IMG/VR virus record: IMGVR_UViG_3300044981_000387
Coordinates: 1-64,000 of that record
Source of the DNA: a virus
DNA: 64,000 nucleotides
Direction: 5' to 3' (one strand)
A program made the position numbers and the translations under genes. Shown here one piece after another: positions 48,102 through 57,738 of the stretch. Below the pieces are notes generated by a model, which saw nothing but the letters and a program-made list of their open reading frames with translations, was not told the DNA's origin and did no database searches. How positions within the stretch are numbered: position 1 is the stretch's first letter; every line of letters starts with the position of its first letter.

Positions 48102-49443
48102 TATGATCCTTTTTTAATAAAAAATGTGCGCGTTCCACAATTTTCTTACGAACCCTGTTAACATAAACCATACCACCCATTTGATAATGCGGCGGAATGC
48201 GTAAATGAGTAATAGAAACCGGAGTTCCAGGCCTAATATCATTAAACTTAATGCGAGAAAAACTATACTCTTTTACCAAATGCAATAAGGGCGCTTTAGT
48301 TTGAGTATGCAAAACATTCAATAATTTTCCAATATAATACGGCTGAGTATAAGAAGCCTTCCTCCCTCCAATATAAAACTCGGTAGTTCCATTTTTAATA
48401 TCCAACCTGTCAGTTATTATACTATCAAAATGACTAATCCCATCAAAAATGCATAAATGCTCACTTAATAAATTATCCACACGATATCTTTTAGCACCCT
48501 TCTTAATAAAGAAGGGGAGTGAACTGTCTAGCAACCTAATATACTCTTGAAATACTTTATGTTGAAATCCGCCAGAACGTGTGCCCTCTAACAAATAACC
48601 TATCATTTCTTCTGGTTGCTGTTGTAAAAGAATGCCAAAAGCTTCATATACTAATTGTTTATGCTTGATAGTAAAATCCGAACTACTATAAGAAACATGG
48701 CTAATTTGACTGCTAATTATTTCTTTTATTAGGTTAATCTTAACCTGTAATTCTTCTTTAATTTCTAAACGAGTTTGAGCATCTATTTCTTTAGAAATAA
48801 TGCTATCCTTGAAAAACCTATCGCCATCATTAGTAATATCCAATACCAATTTTTCTGGATTAGTCTGAGAGGTAGTGTGATGCATACCCGATAAATCCTT
48901 ATACTCCCCTACAAAGGAACAATCAAAATAGGGGCAAGCTACTATCGAAGTGTTTTCTAAAGGATGAGGTATAAAACGATGGCAATTAGCACAGCGATAA
49001 CCGCGCTTGTTATGCACCGCAAAAGTTTTGTAGAAAACCACTTGTTTAGGATCGGTAGTTTGCCTTAGTTGATAATGGCACTCTTCGCACTGAAAGGTTT
49101 TATCAAACACCACCAAAGTAGCCATACCTAGAAATAAACAGCCAGGACAAATATGCTCTGATTTCTTTTTGTGGGGCGAGGCGGCTAATTTGCGACAAAA
49201 AGCGTTAGCAATGTAAAATAGATAGACAGACAACTCTTCTAAAGGAGACCCTTTATTAATAAAGGTAACGCAACCAGTTCTCAATTCATCTTTCAATAAT
49301 TCTAAGAGAGCATACAAAGATAATTGATTATCGGTCTGAAAATACATATGATGTATGTTTGCAATACCAGAACAATGCTCTTGTAAAAACCTCTCCACCA
49401 TCATATCTGCGTCGATAAGGTTGAGGGTGCGTGCCGCTTGCAT
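48094..49443 (-). CDS. Large hypothetical protein with central multi-CxxC zinc region
   Basis: CPGC, CEEC, CANC, CPYFDC; 449 aa. Confidence 0.65.
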   Translation of the reverse strand: MQAARTLNLIDADMMVERFLQEHCSGIANIHHMYFQTDNQLSLYALLELLKDELRTGCVTFINKGSPLEELSVYLFYIANAFCRKLAASPHKKKSEHICPGCLFLGMATLVVFDKTFQCEECHYQLRQTTDPKQVVFYKTFAVHNKRGYRCANCHRFIPHPLENTSIVACPYFDCSFVGEYKDLSGMHHTTSQTNPEKLVLDITNDGDRFFKDSIISKEIDAQTRLEIKEELQVKINLIKEIISSQISHVSYSSSDFTIKHKQLVYEAFGILLQQQPEEMIGYLLEGTRSGGFQHKVFQEYIRLLDSSLPFFIKKGAKRYRVDNLLSEHLCIFDGISHFDSIITDRLDIKNGTTEFYIGGRKASYTQPYYIGKLLNVLHTQTKAPLLHLVKEYSFSRIKFNDIRPGTPVSITHLRIPPHYQMGGMVYVNRVRKKIVERAHFLLKKDHNE

Positions 49444-50432
49444 TAGACTCCAAAATTATGACAAACTTCCGATGCTGTAATATATGCCACTTGAAATCGC
49501 TCTAGAAAACGAAAATTATCTCTAACTAAAGCATCGCCTTTACCTAATAGATTTTCGGCGCCCGTCACATCTAAAATGACCTTACTGTCTACATGGCTGG
49601 CCACACGACAAGCAATACGAGCCGGAAAATTGGCTTTAATGGCACCATTGATAATATTAACGGAAGGTCGTTGGGTGCCTAACACTAAACATATGTGAGC
49701 GGCACGGGATTTTTGTGCTAAACGACATAGTTTGTTAAAAAACTGATCTTCCTTATCTTGCATAATCAAATCAGCAAACTCATCTATAATCATCACTACA
49801 TAAGGAAGCTCTCCTGGAAGAAGACCCTCCCGCATTAAAGAATATCTTTGTTCCATCAATTCCAATAATGAATCCAATAATATAATTGTTTCATCATAAG
49901 TGTAGAAAACCTTGCTATTATGTAAACGATCTTCATAAGGACCAAACTCAATTCTCTTAGGGTCCACTAAACACACCACACAATCACTATAATTATATAG
50001 ATTAGCTATCAAATTATGCAATAAGGTGCTCTTACCAGAGCCAGTGGTGCCAGCGACAATCATATGAGGATTCAACGACAAGTCCATCCACAATCTTTTG
50101 CCATCCACCGTTTGGCCCAATAAGCATGGAAGACCACCTTCAGGCACATCTTGGTTGGTGAAATAATCCATCAACATCAAAGACTTTTCACGAGGGGAAG
50201 CGAACTCTAAACGGACCACCCCTTGTTCGTGCAACACTTTAATACTGGGACGACATGGAGTCTTGAGCGCCAAAGAAATCTCATCACCATATCGATGGAT
50301 ATCTTTAACCTTAGCGTGCGGATCTAATTTGAGATCATAGAAGAAATAGTTGTCTACTATTTGACTATTAACGCAATTAGCTTGAATATTAAATGCATGA
50401 AGAATCTTGTTAAAATGCTGAATACTTTCCAT
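49443..50432 (-). CDS. FtsK/SpoIIIE-family ATPase (alpha and beta domains, no membrane or gamma domain)
   Basis: PHMIVAGTTGSGKS, VDPKRIE, IIDEFADL, TQRPS, GAENLLGKGD. Confidence 0.9.
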   Translation of the reverse strand: MESIQHFNKILHAFNIQANCVNSQIVDNYFFYDLKLDPHAKVKDIHRYGDEISLALKTPCRPSIKVLHEQGVVRLEFASPREKSLMLMDYFTNQDVPEGGLPCLLGQTVDGKRLWMDLSLNPHMIVAGTTGSGKSTLLHNLIANLYNYSDCVVCLVDPKRIEFGPYEDRLHNSKVFYTYDETIILLDSLLELMEQRYSLMREGLLPGELPYVVMIIDEFADLIMQDKEDQFFNKLCRLAQKSRAAHICLVLGTQRPSVNIINGAIKANFPARIACRVASHVDSKVILDVTGAENLLGKGDALVRDNFRFLERFQVAYITASEVCHNFGV

Positions 50433-50481
50433 GTTTTCTATACATTCATAGTAAGCATAAAAAATTGGGAGCGCAAGGGCG

Positions 50482-50889
50482 TTAAAATTTTATAAATAAA
50501 TGATATTTCTCGGCAACAATTTTGCGCAATTCTTCCGGGGTCGGTTTTACTAAGCCGACCAAATGTCCAATTTTAATACCACTTTTATCTACCGTGCCAT
50601 ATGGCAATTCTATAATTAGATCACTAAACTTGTTATCACCAATCATCTCCGTAGAGAGCGGCTGCCCTACATGCAATTGAGATACTTTACCTTGATAACA
50701 AAAAACAATATCTAATGGACTAATAGTTTGATGCATCCAGAACTTATTGATTCTTGGCTCCGTATAAATAAAAGACATAGTGGGCGGAGGCCAGGATTGA
50801 CCCATAAGACCTCGCTGCTGCTCTGCCTCTGAAATTGCTATCAAAGTATCAAATATATTTAATCCTATATATACTATACCTTGTTCCAT
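50482..50889 (-). CDS. DUF192-family protein
   Basis: EQQRGLM, FWMHQT..PLDIVF, IIELPYG...GIKIG. Confidence 0.8.
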   Translation of the reverse strand: MEQGIVYIGLNIFDTLIAISEAEQQRGLMGQSWPPPTMSFIYTEPRINKFWMHQTISPLDIVFCYQGKVSQLHVGQPLSTEMIGDNKFSDLIIELPYGTVDKSGIKIGHLVGLVKPTPEELRKIVAEKYHLFIKF

Positions 50890-52433
50890 TAAAAGAATCC
50901 TTCTAATGTAGGTTGACCTTTCATTGGCTTTTCCATATTATGTAAAGATCGCGTCAAAGAGCGGATAGTATTCATTTGACCAGATACTTCCGAAATTTTG
51001 GAACCCAAATCTTCTATAGATAAACCCTTCTCTAACAAGTCCATCACCGCATTGATATTGGTTCTAGTCTTGGTGGCCAACTCAAAAAGTTGCAATCTCA
51101 AACCAGAACTTTTACCTGGTAGTAGTTGGTGTCGTTTCTTACCCAACCACTTTTGCAAAAAAGCCTGAGCTACCACCTCTAACTGGTCGGAGGCTGAATT
51201 AACTTGTGGCGAAACAGTAGGGGTAGGCTCAACCACAACTTCTTGTTTTTTTGTTGATGGCTGCTTTTTAATTTCTTTCTGTAGTAAAACTGGTCGTAAT
51301 GGAGTTTGCGCTTTTCCACCAGTTCGTTCTCCAGTATAAGATGAAAACTCAGCTATAGTTTCATACATTACATGACCATCTGGAACTTGAGCTAAAATCT
51401 TTTTTAATGCTTCCAAAGTTGAATTGGATTGAAAAACAACCTCTACATCCGGAATAGGAACTTTTGCACCTTCATTAGTGATAGTTTGTGGTTCTATTTT
51501 TAGATTTGATATCTGAACTCCCGAAATCTTTGCCATTTGCAAAAAGCGTGTCACATCAATTGGAGCTTCAGCTCTAAACTTATATTTAATTAAAGAATTA
51601 GGCAACTCTTGTTCTGCACCAGGCGCCAATTCATCTTTCATCTCCTCAGGACGTGGAGTTTGTCCCGGTATACTATTAACATACTGATTAAAATAACGAG
51701 AAACAGTGGACCACTCATTCCAAGCTTGCTGTTGATCTTTATAAGCAGATATTACGCTATCTTTGGAGGACTTGGAAATTTGCACCTGAAATCTACCTAA
51801 AGCTCGATAAGACTTAAGGGCAGCCTTCAATAAATCCATGCGCATCCTTCTTTTTTGTGCCCCTGCGCCCACTCCAACTCGTGGAGTTCGCATCTTAGTT
51901 AAGAGACGACTAAAAGGATTAGATCCCTCAGATACTAACTCATATTTATGTTCCCAAGCCGCGCCCAACTGTTTAGTCAACTCACTACCAGTAGGGGCTG
52001 GGGTAGCCGCTATAGGAGAAGCAACTTCAGGTCCAGTAGGACCATATTTTTCATCCAACTTGTTAAGTGTTTGAGTGGCTTGGTCGGTTCTTTTTTGACG
52101 ACGAGTTTGTGAATATTGCGCTTGTTGTTGAGATATAGCGGCGCCCTGTTGAGCTAAATCCTGAAAATGACTGGCTAATGAATTAACAATAGAGGCAGGA
52201 TCGGCTGGAATAGGTAGGGTAATTTTAGAGCGTTCCTTAAAATATTTACTTGGCCAACCATTCATTAGTTTCTTAAAATGGATCACATCATTCAGGAATG
52301 ACGAAACTTCCTTATTCCAGGCAGCCTTAGTCTGTCGGAGTTTTTCCTGCGCCGGGTCCATAGATGTTTTTCTAGCCTCTTTAGAGGTCATGAAAAGATA
52401 TGGAATTATTGCTATTTTATAATAGCAGCACAC
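50889..52433 (-). CDS. Large hypothetical protein (start uncertain, possibly 52391 or 52361)
   Basis: About 500-aa ORF. Confidence 0.6.
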   Translation of the reverse strand: MCCYYKIAIIPYLFMTSKEARKTSMDPAQEKLRQTKAAWNKEVSSFLNDVIHFKKLMNGWPSKYFKERSKITLPIPADPASIVNSLASHFQDLAQQGAAISQQQAQYSQTRRQKRTDQATQTLNKLDEKYGPTGPEVASPIAATPAPTGSELTKQLGAAWEHKYELVSEGSNPFSRLLTKMRTPRVGVGAGAQKRRMRMDLLKAALKSYRALGRFQVQISKSSKDSVISAYKDQQQAWNEWSTVSRYFNQYVNSIPGQTPRPEEMKDELAPGAEQELPNSLIKYKFRAEAPIDVTRFLQMAKISGVQISNLKIEPQTITNEGAKVPIPDVEVVFQSNSTLEALKKILAQVPDGHVMYETIAEFSSYTGERTGGKAQTPLRPVLLQKEIKKQPSTKKQEVVVEPTPTVSPQVNSASDQLEVVAQAFLQKWLGKKRHQLLPGKSSGLRLQLFELATKTRTNINAVMDLLEKGLSIEDLGSKISEVSGQMNTIRSLTRSLHNMEKPMKGQPTLEGFF

Positions 52434-52437
52434 TCAT

Positions 52438-53031
52438 TTAGATAATATGGTCAATTAGGCCATACTGATAGGCAGACTCAGCGTCCATCCATTTTTCAGT
52501 TTGACAATCTGCCTTAACCTTCTCAAATGTTTGATTAGTGTGTTTGGCCATCACTCTTAGCATAGCGTCATTTTCCGCATCAACGAACTCCAAATAGTTT
52601 TTACTATTAGTAAAATCAAATCCAGGAATGGGAAAAACAAATTGACTACCATGAATCATGACCTTAGAACTTCGCAAAGCGAAACGCATTCCCTTGGTAC
52701 CAGTAGCTAATACCCAAGCACCAGCCGAATAAGCTTTACCTAATAAAATTGTTTTAACAGGAGCATGGATCATTTGCATAACGTCATAGATATTGGCCAT
52801 ACCAGTAGCTGCACCACCATTAGTATGGATATATACATTGATTTCGGTATCAGGATCCTGATGATCGTAATACAACATAAGAGCAGACATTTCGGCTCCC
52901 ATTTTGTCGCTAACATCTTCTGAAAGGAAGATGGCTCGATCTTTGGTCATCTTAACATAACTTTCAGAATAACCTAATACTAAAGGAGCGCGTAATGGTT
53001 CATGCTCATGCTTGTTATAATTCTTATTCAT
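52438..53031 (-). CDS. clpP: ClpP-family protease subunit with Ser and His retained
   Basis: DRAIFL, INVYIHTNGG, AYSAGA, MIHG, AESAYQYGLID. Confidence 0.9.
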   Translation of the reverse strand: MNKNYNKHEHEPLRAPLVLGYSESYVKMTKDRAIFLSEDVSDKMGAEMSALMLYYDHQDPDTEINVYIHTNGGAATGMANIYDVMQMIHAPVKTILLGKAYSAGAWVLATGTKGMRFALRSSKVMIHGSQFVFPIPGFDFTNSKNYLEFVDAENDAMLRVMAKHTNQTFEKVKADCQTEKWMDAESAYQYGLIDHII

Positions 53032-53033
53032 AA

Positions 53034-53621
53034 TTAGGCCTTATTGTAATTAACAATTCCATCAATAAATCCATACTTCATAGCTTGCTTTGCATTAAAA
53101 AAGACTCGACGATCGAAATCTTTTCTTACCTGGCTGATGGTCTTTCCAGACGTACCAGCCAAAATATCCATTAAACGATCGTTATCCATTTTATGTTGCT
53201 GCATTATAGCAGCAGCGCCTGGTAAATCGGTATGCATATGCAAACCTGGTAATAATTGGGTAGCTGCAATAATAGCATGCTTAGTAGCAAAACGCATCCC
53301 AGGCGCACCACCCGTCAATAAAATTAAGGCCTCATCCATAGCCGCACCAATACAAACCGTTTCAATGGGAGCCTGAATCATTGTCATGACATCGTAAATC
53401 ATAAAAGCATTACGAATATCACCACCATGAGAATTGATGAAAAGCGTAATTTTTTTATCAGGATCTTCACTATCCTTTAGGAGCAAAGTAGCTACCATAT
53501 CAGTGGCTAATTCGTCATGCAGCTCTTCACTCAAAAATAAAATACGGTCCTGTGCCAGCTTCTGATAAACATCCATTGCCACATCGCCATTTTCTGTTTG
53601 CTCTAAAACTAGTGTATTCAA
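53034..53621 (-). CDS. ClpP-fold subunit lacking the catalytic triad (ClpR-like)
   Basis: DRILFL, LFINSHGG, MKYGFID; AMDEA, AATQ and DRR at Ser/His/Asp positions. Confidence 0.85.
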   Translation of the reverse strand: MNTLVLEQTENGDVAMDVYQKLAQDRILFLSEELHDELATDMVATLLLKDSEDPDKKITLFINSHGGDIRNAFMIYDVMTMIQAPIETVCIGAAMDEALILLTGGAPGMRFATKHAIIAATQLLPGLHMHTDLPGAAAIMQQHKMDNDRLMDILAGTSGKTISQVRKDFDRRVFFNAKQAMKYGFIDGIVNYNKA

Positions 53622-53623
53622 GA

Positions 53624-53977
53624 TTATAACCTCTTTCGTTGTTTTTCTTCAGTTTCTCGGTCTTCTGCACAAGAGACACAGGTTTGGAAGTGTGGATTAA
53701 GAATCAGTCTTTTTTCTGGAATAGACTCCTCGCAATCTTGACATAAACCATAAGTTTGTTTATCAATGCGTTGAAGGGCATCGTCAATTTGCTTGAGCTT
53801 AAAAGTAGCACGAGAAGTGAGACGATTATTCATTTCCGCAATCATGGTGCCTTGGATTAAATCCGTCTCGTCTCCCTCTGTGTCTATATCTCGTTCCTGC
53901 TGAACCTGCGCCAAAATCTCTTTCTTTTGTGATAATAACAGCTCTTTCATTTTAGTTAAAAAACTTTTGTTTAACAT
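53624..53977 (-). CDS. DksA/TraR C4 zinc-finger protein
   Basis: Coiled coil with DETD tip; IDDALQRI..TYGLCQDC..IP.KRL..P....CVSC. Confidence 0.9.
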   Translation of the reverse strand: MLNKSFLTKMKELLLSQKKEILAQVQQERDIDTEGDETDLIQGTMIAEMNNRLTSRATFKLKQIDDALQRIDKQTYGLCQDCEESIPEKRLILNPHFQTCVSCAEDRETEEKQRKRL

Positions 53978-53978
53978 T

Positions 53979-54371
53979 TTATATAAACCTCAAATCAGAA
54001 ATGGGCACCGTAATAGTCCCCTTGGGTGATGGTAGATTTTTATCATCTATCCTTTTGATAAAGACCAAATATGCATGGTTTTCCGGTTCCTGCAACAAAA
54101 AAGCATCTACTAACCAGTCATTGTAGGTAGCTCGTTTGGTTTGATTGGAAAACTTGAGAACACGATTATTCTCAATTATTTGCCTTTTCTTTTTGTAAAA
54201 TGGGCCCAATACTTCTTTAGGTTGAAAAGCAATTTGTTCTACAAATAAATCAGCAGCTTCTTTAGGAGTTTCCGCTGCAATTACTCGTGTCATTAGCTCA
54301 TTATTACTAGAAATACCAACACAAACAAACACAGTTTGGCGGGCGCCCCTTCTTCCACTCATTTTATTCAC
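53979..54371 (-). CDS. Hypothetical protein
   Basis: 130-aa ORF. Confidence 0.55.
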   Translation of the reverse strand: MNKMSGRRGARQTVFVCVGISSNNELMTRVIAAETPKEAADLFVEQIAFQPKEVLGPFYKKKRQIIENNRVLKFSNQTKRATYNDWLVDAFLLQEPENHAYLVFIKRIDDKNLPSPKGTITVPISDLRFI

Positions 54372-54385
54372 CTATGTTAAAATTG

Positions 54386-55138
54386 TCAAGACGACAATTT
54401 TTCTAAAATTTTAGTTTGATGCCTAATTCTCATTGTCCCATCTAAAATATTCTGTTTAGCTGAATAGGGGCGTAAGTTCTCTAATGCCCAACATTTTTGG
54501 AAATTATCGTCATTCATAGAAGAATAAGGTAAATCAGATTGAGGAACTATATGATCAATATTCCACTTCCAAGTTAAAGGGTTATTATCGTCCCACGTCT
54601 TAGGATCATACTTTCCCTGATTATCCCAAGTCATCCATAGCTCGAATTGTGCTTCTAAATGTTCTTTTAATTCTTGAATTGAATATAATAAATGTTGAAG
54701 GCACGATCCCTTCTTCTTACTATTAGCTCTTTTAATTGCCGCTCTTATAGAGGCGGAAACAATAGTTCGCAACCTAAATGCTGGATCATTTTGAGCGCGC
54801 ACTTTAAGATATTCTTTATCATAAGTTTTATGATATTCTTTGTTATATTCTTTTTTAGCTATTTTGGCATCTTCATTTTCTTGAAGATAGAGTTTTTGAC
54901 ATTCTAAAAGGTGATCTTTATTTTCTTGATAATAATTTTTATGTTGAATATCTAATTGTTCTTTATTTTCTTGATAATATTTTTTACCATATTCTGATAT
55001 ATGTTCTTTATATTTTTGACGATTTTCTTTTTGACAAGACTTACACTTACCATTTTTTCTTACTAATTGTGATTTAACAAATTCTGATATTGACTTTTCT
55101 GTTTTACATTTTCTACAAATTTTAGTATTTGCGTTCAT
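54386..55138 (-). CDS. HNH-like homing-endonuclease-type protein
   Basis: CRKC/CKSC, Lys/Glu/Tyr repeats, WNIDHIVP, CWALENLRP..A..N. Confidence 0.75.
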   Translation of the reverse strand: MNANTKICRKCKTEKSISEFVKSQLVRKNGKCKSCQKENRQKYKEHISEYGKKYYQENKEQLDIQHKNYYQENKDHLLECQKLYLQENEDAKIAKKEYNKEYHKTYDKEYLKVRAQNDPAFRLRTIVSASIRAAIKRANSKKKGSCLQHLLYSIQELKEHLEAQFELWMTWDNQGKYDPKTWDDNNPLTWKWNIDHIVPQSDLPYSSMNDDNFQKCWALENLRPYSAKQNILDGTMRIRHQTKILEKLSS

Positions 55139-55152
55139 CGTGCCTCCTATAC

Positions 55153-55485
55153 TTATATATCACTTGGAGGCAAAGTTTTGTCAAGATCCAAAAATGAAAC
55201 CAATTTTTTATGAATTGAAGGTGCTAATAAAAATCGCATTATGCGATGTCCTGGCGACAATACCATTTGTCGTAATCGAACATTATGATACCATCGTGGC
55301 TTGGTTGGTTGAAGGGTAATGTTTCCTAAATTAACTATCTTAATTGATTTCCCTTGACGCAAATCTTTCAATATTTCCTCAAACAAAATATTGATAACAG
55401 CCAATACATGATAACGGTGTAATAATCGTTTAATTTTACGATTAACATAGCGCCATAAATCTCGTTTACTAATGCTAGATGACAT
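55153..55485 (-). CDS. HU/IHF-like DNA-binding protein
   Basis: ILFEEIL..L.QGKSIKI.NLGNI, arm region, RFLLAPSI.KKL. Confidence 0.7.
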   Translation of the reverse strand: MSSSISKRDLWRYVNRKIKRLLHRYHVLAVINILFEEILKDLRQGKSIKIVNLGNITLQPTKPRWYHNVRLRQMVLSPGHRIMRFLLAPSIHKKLVSFLDLDKTLPPSDI

Positions 55486-55487
55486 GC

Positions 55488-55859
55488 TTACTTTTCATAA
55501 ATTGATGACTTACGATTACCCTTCATTCTTCTTAACTTGGGCCAATATCGATATTTGAGGACATCAGAATATATATCCTTGGTGGTATCAAGTTCCATCT
55601 GGATACCTTTATACTTCGTTACACTATTATCTATTAGACTACCATGAATACTTCTAACGCGTCCATCATCATCCGCAAAGGAGATAACGGCGGCACGACA
55701 ATTAGAACAAGCTTCGGTAATAGAGTTATCAATTGAATATGTATTCAACCTATCTTTTCTATGAAAAGATTTGCCACACATAGTGTGATAATAACCGCGC
55801 GCTGTTAGCCAATTAATATAATGTATCTCGCCTTTACGAGTTTGTAAACAAGCAATCAT
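55488..55859 (-). CDS. Hypothetical protein
   Basis: 123-aa ORF with H..CG and CSNC. Confidence 0.55.
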   Translation of the reverse strand: MIACLQTRKGEIHYINWLTARGYYHTMCGKSFHRKDRLNTYSIDNSITEACSNCRAAVISFADDDGRVRSIHGSLIDNSVTKYKGIQMELDTTKDIYSDVLKYRYWPKLRRMKGNRKSSIYEK

Positions 55860-56308
55860 AACATTATTCCTAATAAAAACTGCATATATTCATCAAACTT
55901 TTCGCCCCTAATTAAATCGCTACCAGATTTAGTTATTATCTTGGCTTCCATTAACTGTTTGTGGCAAAACTTAAGTTCCGAAGGATCTACGGAAAACAAA
56001 CCCTCTAAAATATAATTATTACCTACACTTTGACAAATTAATTTACAAGTTTGCGGATACTGAAGATTAAAAAAAGAAAGCAGTTTAACTTCTTCTGTTT
56101 TAGGCTTGGGTTTGTCAAAAGTAGCAATGACATCTAATAACTTAGAACGATTAATTTTTATTGCTTCTACTGCCCTAATTTGATCGTCAATTTTTTGCAA
56201 TTCAATTTTAGCCTCCTTAACTATTTCTTCCGGCGTAAGAACTCCACGCCCTACACATTGAGAAATAAAAGAACTAACAAACTCAGGATCAGCTTTCTTG
56301 CCCCTCAT
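55856..56308 (-). CDS. Hypothetical protein
   Basis: 150-aa ORF. Confidence 0.55.
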   Translation of the reverse strand: MRGKKADPEFVSSFISQCVGRGVLTPEEIVKEAKIELQKIDDQIRAVEAIKINRSKLLDVIATFDKPKPKTEEVKLLSFFNLQYPQTCKLICQSVGNNYILEGLFSVDPSELKFCHKQLMEAKIITKSGSDLIRGEKFDEYMQFLLGIML

Positions 56309-56834
56309 TGTCTACCTCACAGTAAGCATTATGAAAATTAATCATAGTTAATAGCGTCTCATAGTTTTTTTGATAATCAGTGCATTTACTCCAACCCAAA
56401 CCAATATCTTTGAGTTGCTCCATAGCCGCTAAAAAGGTAGCCTGCAAAAAAGTATTACATGGCATCCAATCCTTTTCATTAATGGAAACGGCAATCAAAG
56501 CTTCACTATCGACGGAGGGATCGCAGACTAAATAAACTCCATAACTAGGGTTATCGGTAAATTGTACGATAAGACAAAACTCCGGTATCTCTGAATCTTG
56601 GGAACAATCTCCCAATAAAATCTTGAACTCTTTTTGATCTACTGCGACTTGGCATCCATAAACAGGATTTCTAATAATATCACCACTCTCACCTCTAAAT
56701 AGCAATTTCTGTTCTAACATAAACTCTTTGCTATGCAGAGAACGAGTTTGAGTATAATCAATAAAAGAAGAGGGAACGACTCCAAAATTGGATAAAATAT
56801 GACGAACAATATGCTCCATTAATATTACGTTCAT
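56289..56834 (-). CDS. Hypothetical protein
   Basis: 181-aa ORF. Confidence 0.55.
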   Translation of the reverse strand: MNVILMEHIVRHILSNFGVVPSSFIDYTQTRSLHSKEFMLEQKLLFRGESGDIIRNPVYGCQVAVDQKEFKILLGDCSQDSEIPEFCLIVQFTDNPSYGVYLVCDPSVDSEALIAVSINEKDWMPCNTFLQATFLAAMEQLKDIGLGWSKCTDYQKNYETLLTMINFHNAYCEVDNEGQES

Positions 56835-57151
56835 TACTTTTTACCAGCTTTTATCACCTGACTTAAAATAACTCTTAAATCGGGCATGCTAAAATCAAGA
56901 GGTGGCAATTTGCTATGAGCCTCTTCAATATATTTCTCAAAAGCAAAATCATTGCCAGCAATTCGTCGAGTAGCTAACTCTTGCATACACATCACACTAA
57001 TTTGTTTGTCGATACTAAAATAACGATCACACACTACCATTTCACATAACTTTTCTGAAGAATATTGTGGAAGATTAGCGCGAACCTTATCTATGTCCAA
57101 TTGAACTGCTTCTTCATCCGAAGGCAACTCTTCTGTTTCTTTATTTGTCAT
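56834..57151 (-). CDS. Hypothetical protein
   Basis: 105-aa ORF. Confidence 0.55.
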   Translation of the reverse strand: MTNKETEELPSDEEAVQLDIDKVRANLPQYSSEKLCEMVVCDRYFSIDKQISVMCMQELATRRIAGNDFAFEKYIEEAHSKLPPLDFSMPDLRVILSQVIKAGKK

Positions 57152-57491
57152 AATTCCTCAAAGACGGCGGAGTGGAAACACATGCCTTTAAGGCAGGGAA
57201 TATAACTCCTTTTTTGCGATGGGTAAAAAAAGATAATTTGCAATCAAAAAATAATTTGTTAAAGTTTAACACTTTGCCTAAAATTAACAGGTCCCTAATA
57301 CTAGAAAATACAGCTTTAACAATAATGCCAACTTCTGACTTGTCAATCAACGGATACCTTTGATATACTCGTTCTACTAAATCTTGATTATTCTTAAGAC
57401 TAATGGGATAATTGATATTCATATAATCAACTACTTGTTGATGTGATAGATCCTTAAAGTAAAAGGATCTGGCGATCTTAACCTTCTTCAT
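57141..57491 (-). CDS. Divergent HU/IHF-like protein
   Basis: LVERV...LIDKSEV..IV.AVF..IR..L..GK.L pattern. Confidence 0.55.
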   Translation of the reverse strand: MKKVKIARSFYFKDLSHQQVVDYMNINYPISLKNNQDLVERVYQRYPLIDKSEVGIIVKAVFSSIRDLLILGKVLNFNKLFFDCKLSFFTHRKKGVIFPALKACVSTPPSLRNYDK

Positions 57492-57629
57492 ACCACTAAA
57501 TATACCCCGACAGAACAGGTTGTGTTGCCCTATATAGACATTCCCCCTACAAGATCCCCCACAGGTTTGTCGAGAAAAAGGTCGCCAATGATGGGTGCAT
57601 ATTATATTAAAATTGTTGAGTGATGCGGC

Positions 57630-57638
57630 TGTTATAAT
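57630..57638 (+). promoter_or_regulatory. Consensus extended -10 element (TGTTATAAT) upstream of the plus-strand island
   Basis: Perfect TGnTATAAT in an intergenic divergent region. Confidence 0.45.
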
Positions 57639-57738
57639 AACTACACTTACCTAAACCACTGGTGGTAGTACACTATTTTGATCTAGGATGCTAATAAAAC
57701 TATATATTTATGCCATCCCCATTTCAGAGGACTTTTCT

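Noticed and set aside
57505-57575. Imperfect inverted repeat (cgacagaac ... gtttgtcg) as a structured ncRNA
   Set aside because: Pairing is short and I cannot match it to any RNA family.
57492-57600. Short minus-strand ORF that could be extended by reading through two TAG codons
   Set aside because: No RBS, implausible 39-codon product, and it lies in a divergent promoter region; not evidence for TAG recoding.
1982-57714. Second promoter-like motif GGCATA (tatgcc at 1982, 3208, 23640, 39571, 57709)
   Set aside because: Only a 6-mer with inconsistent spacing and orientation relative to starts; cannot separate from chance without a motif search.
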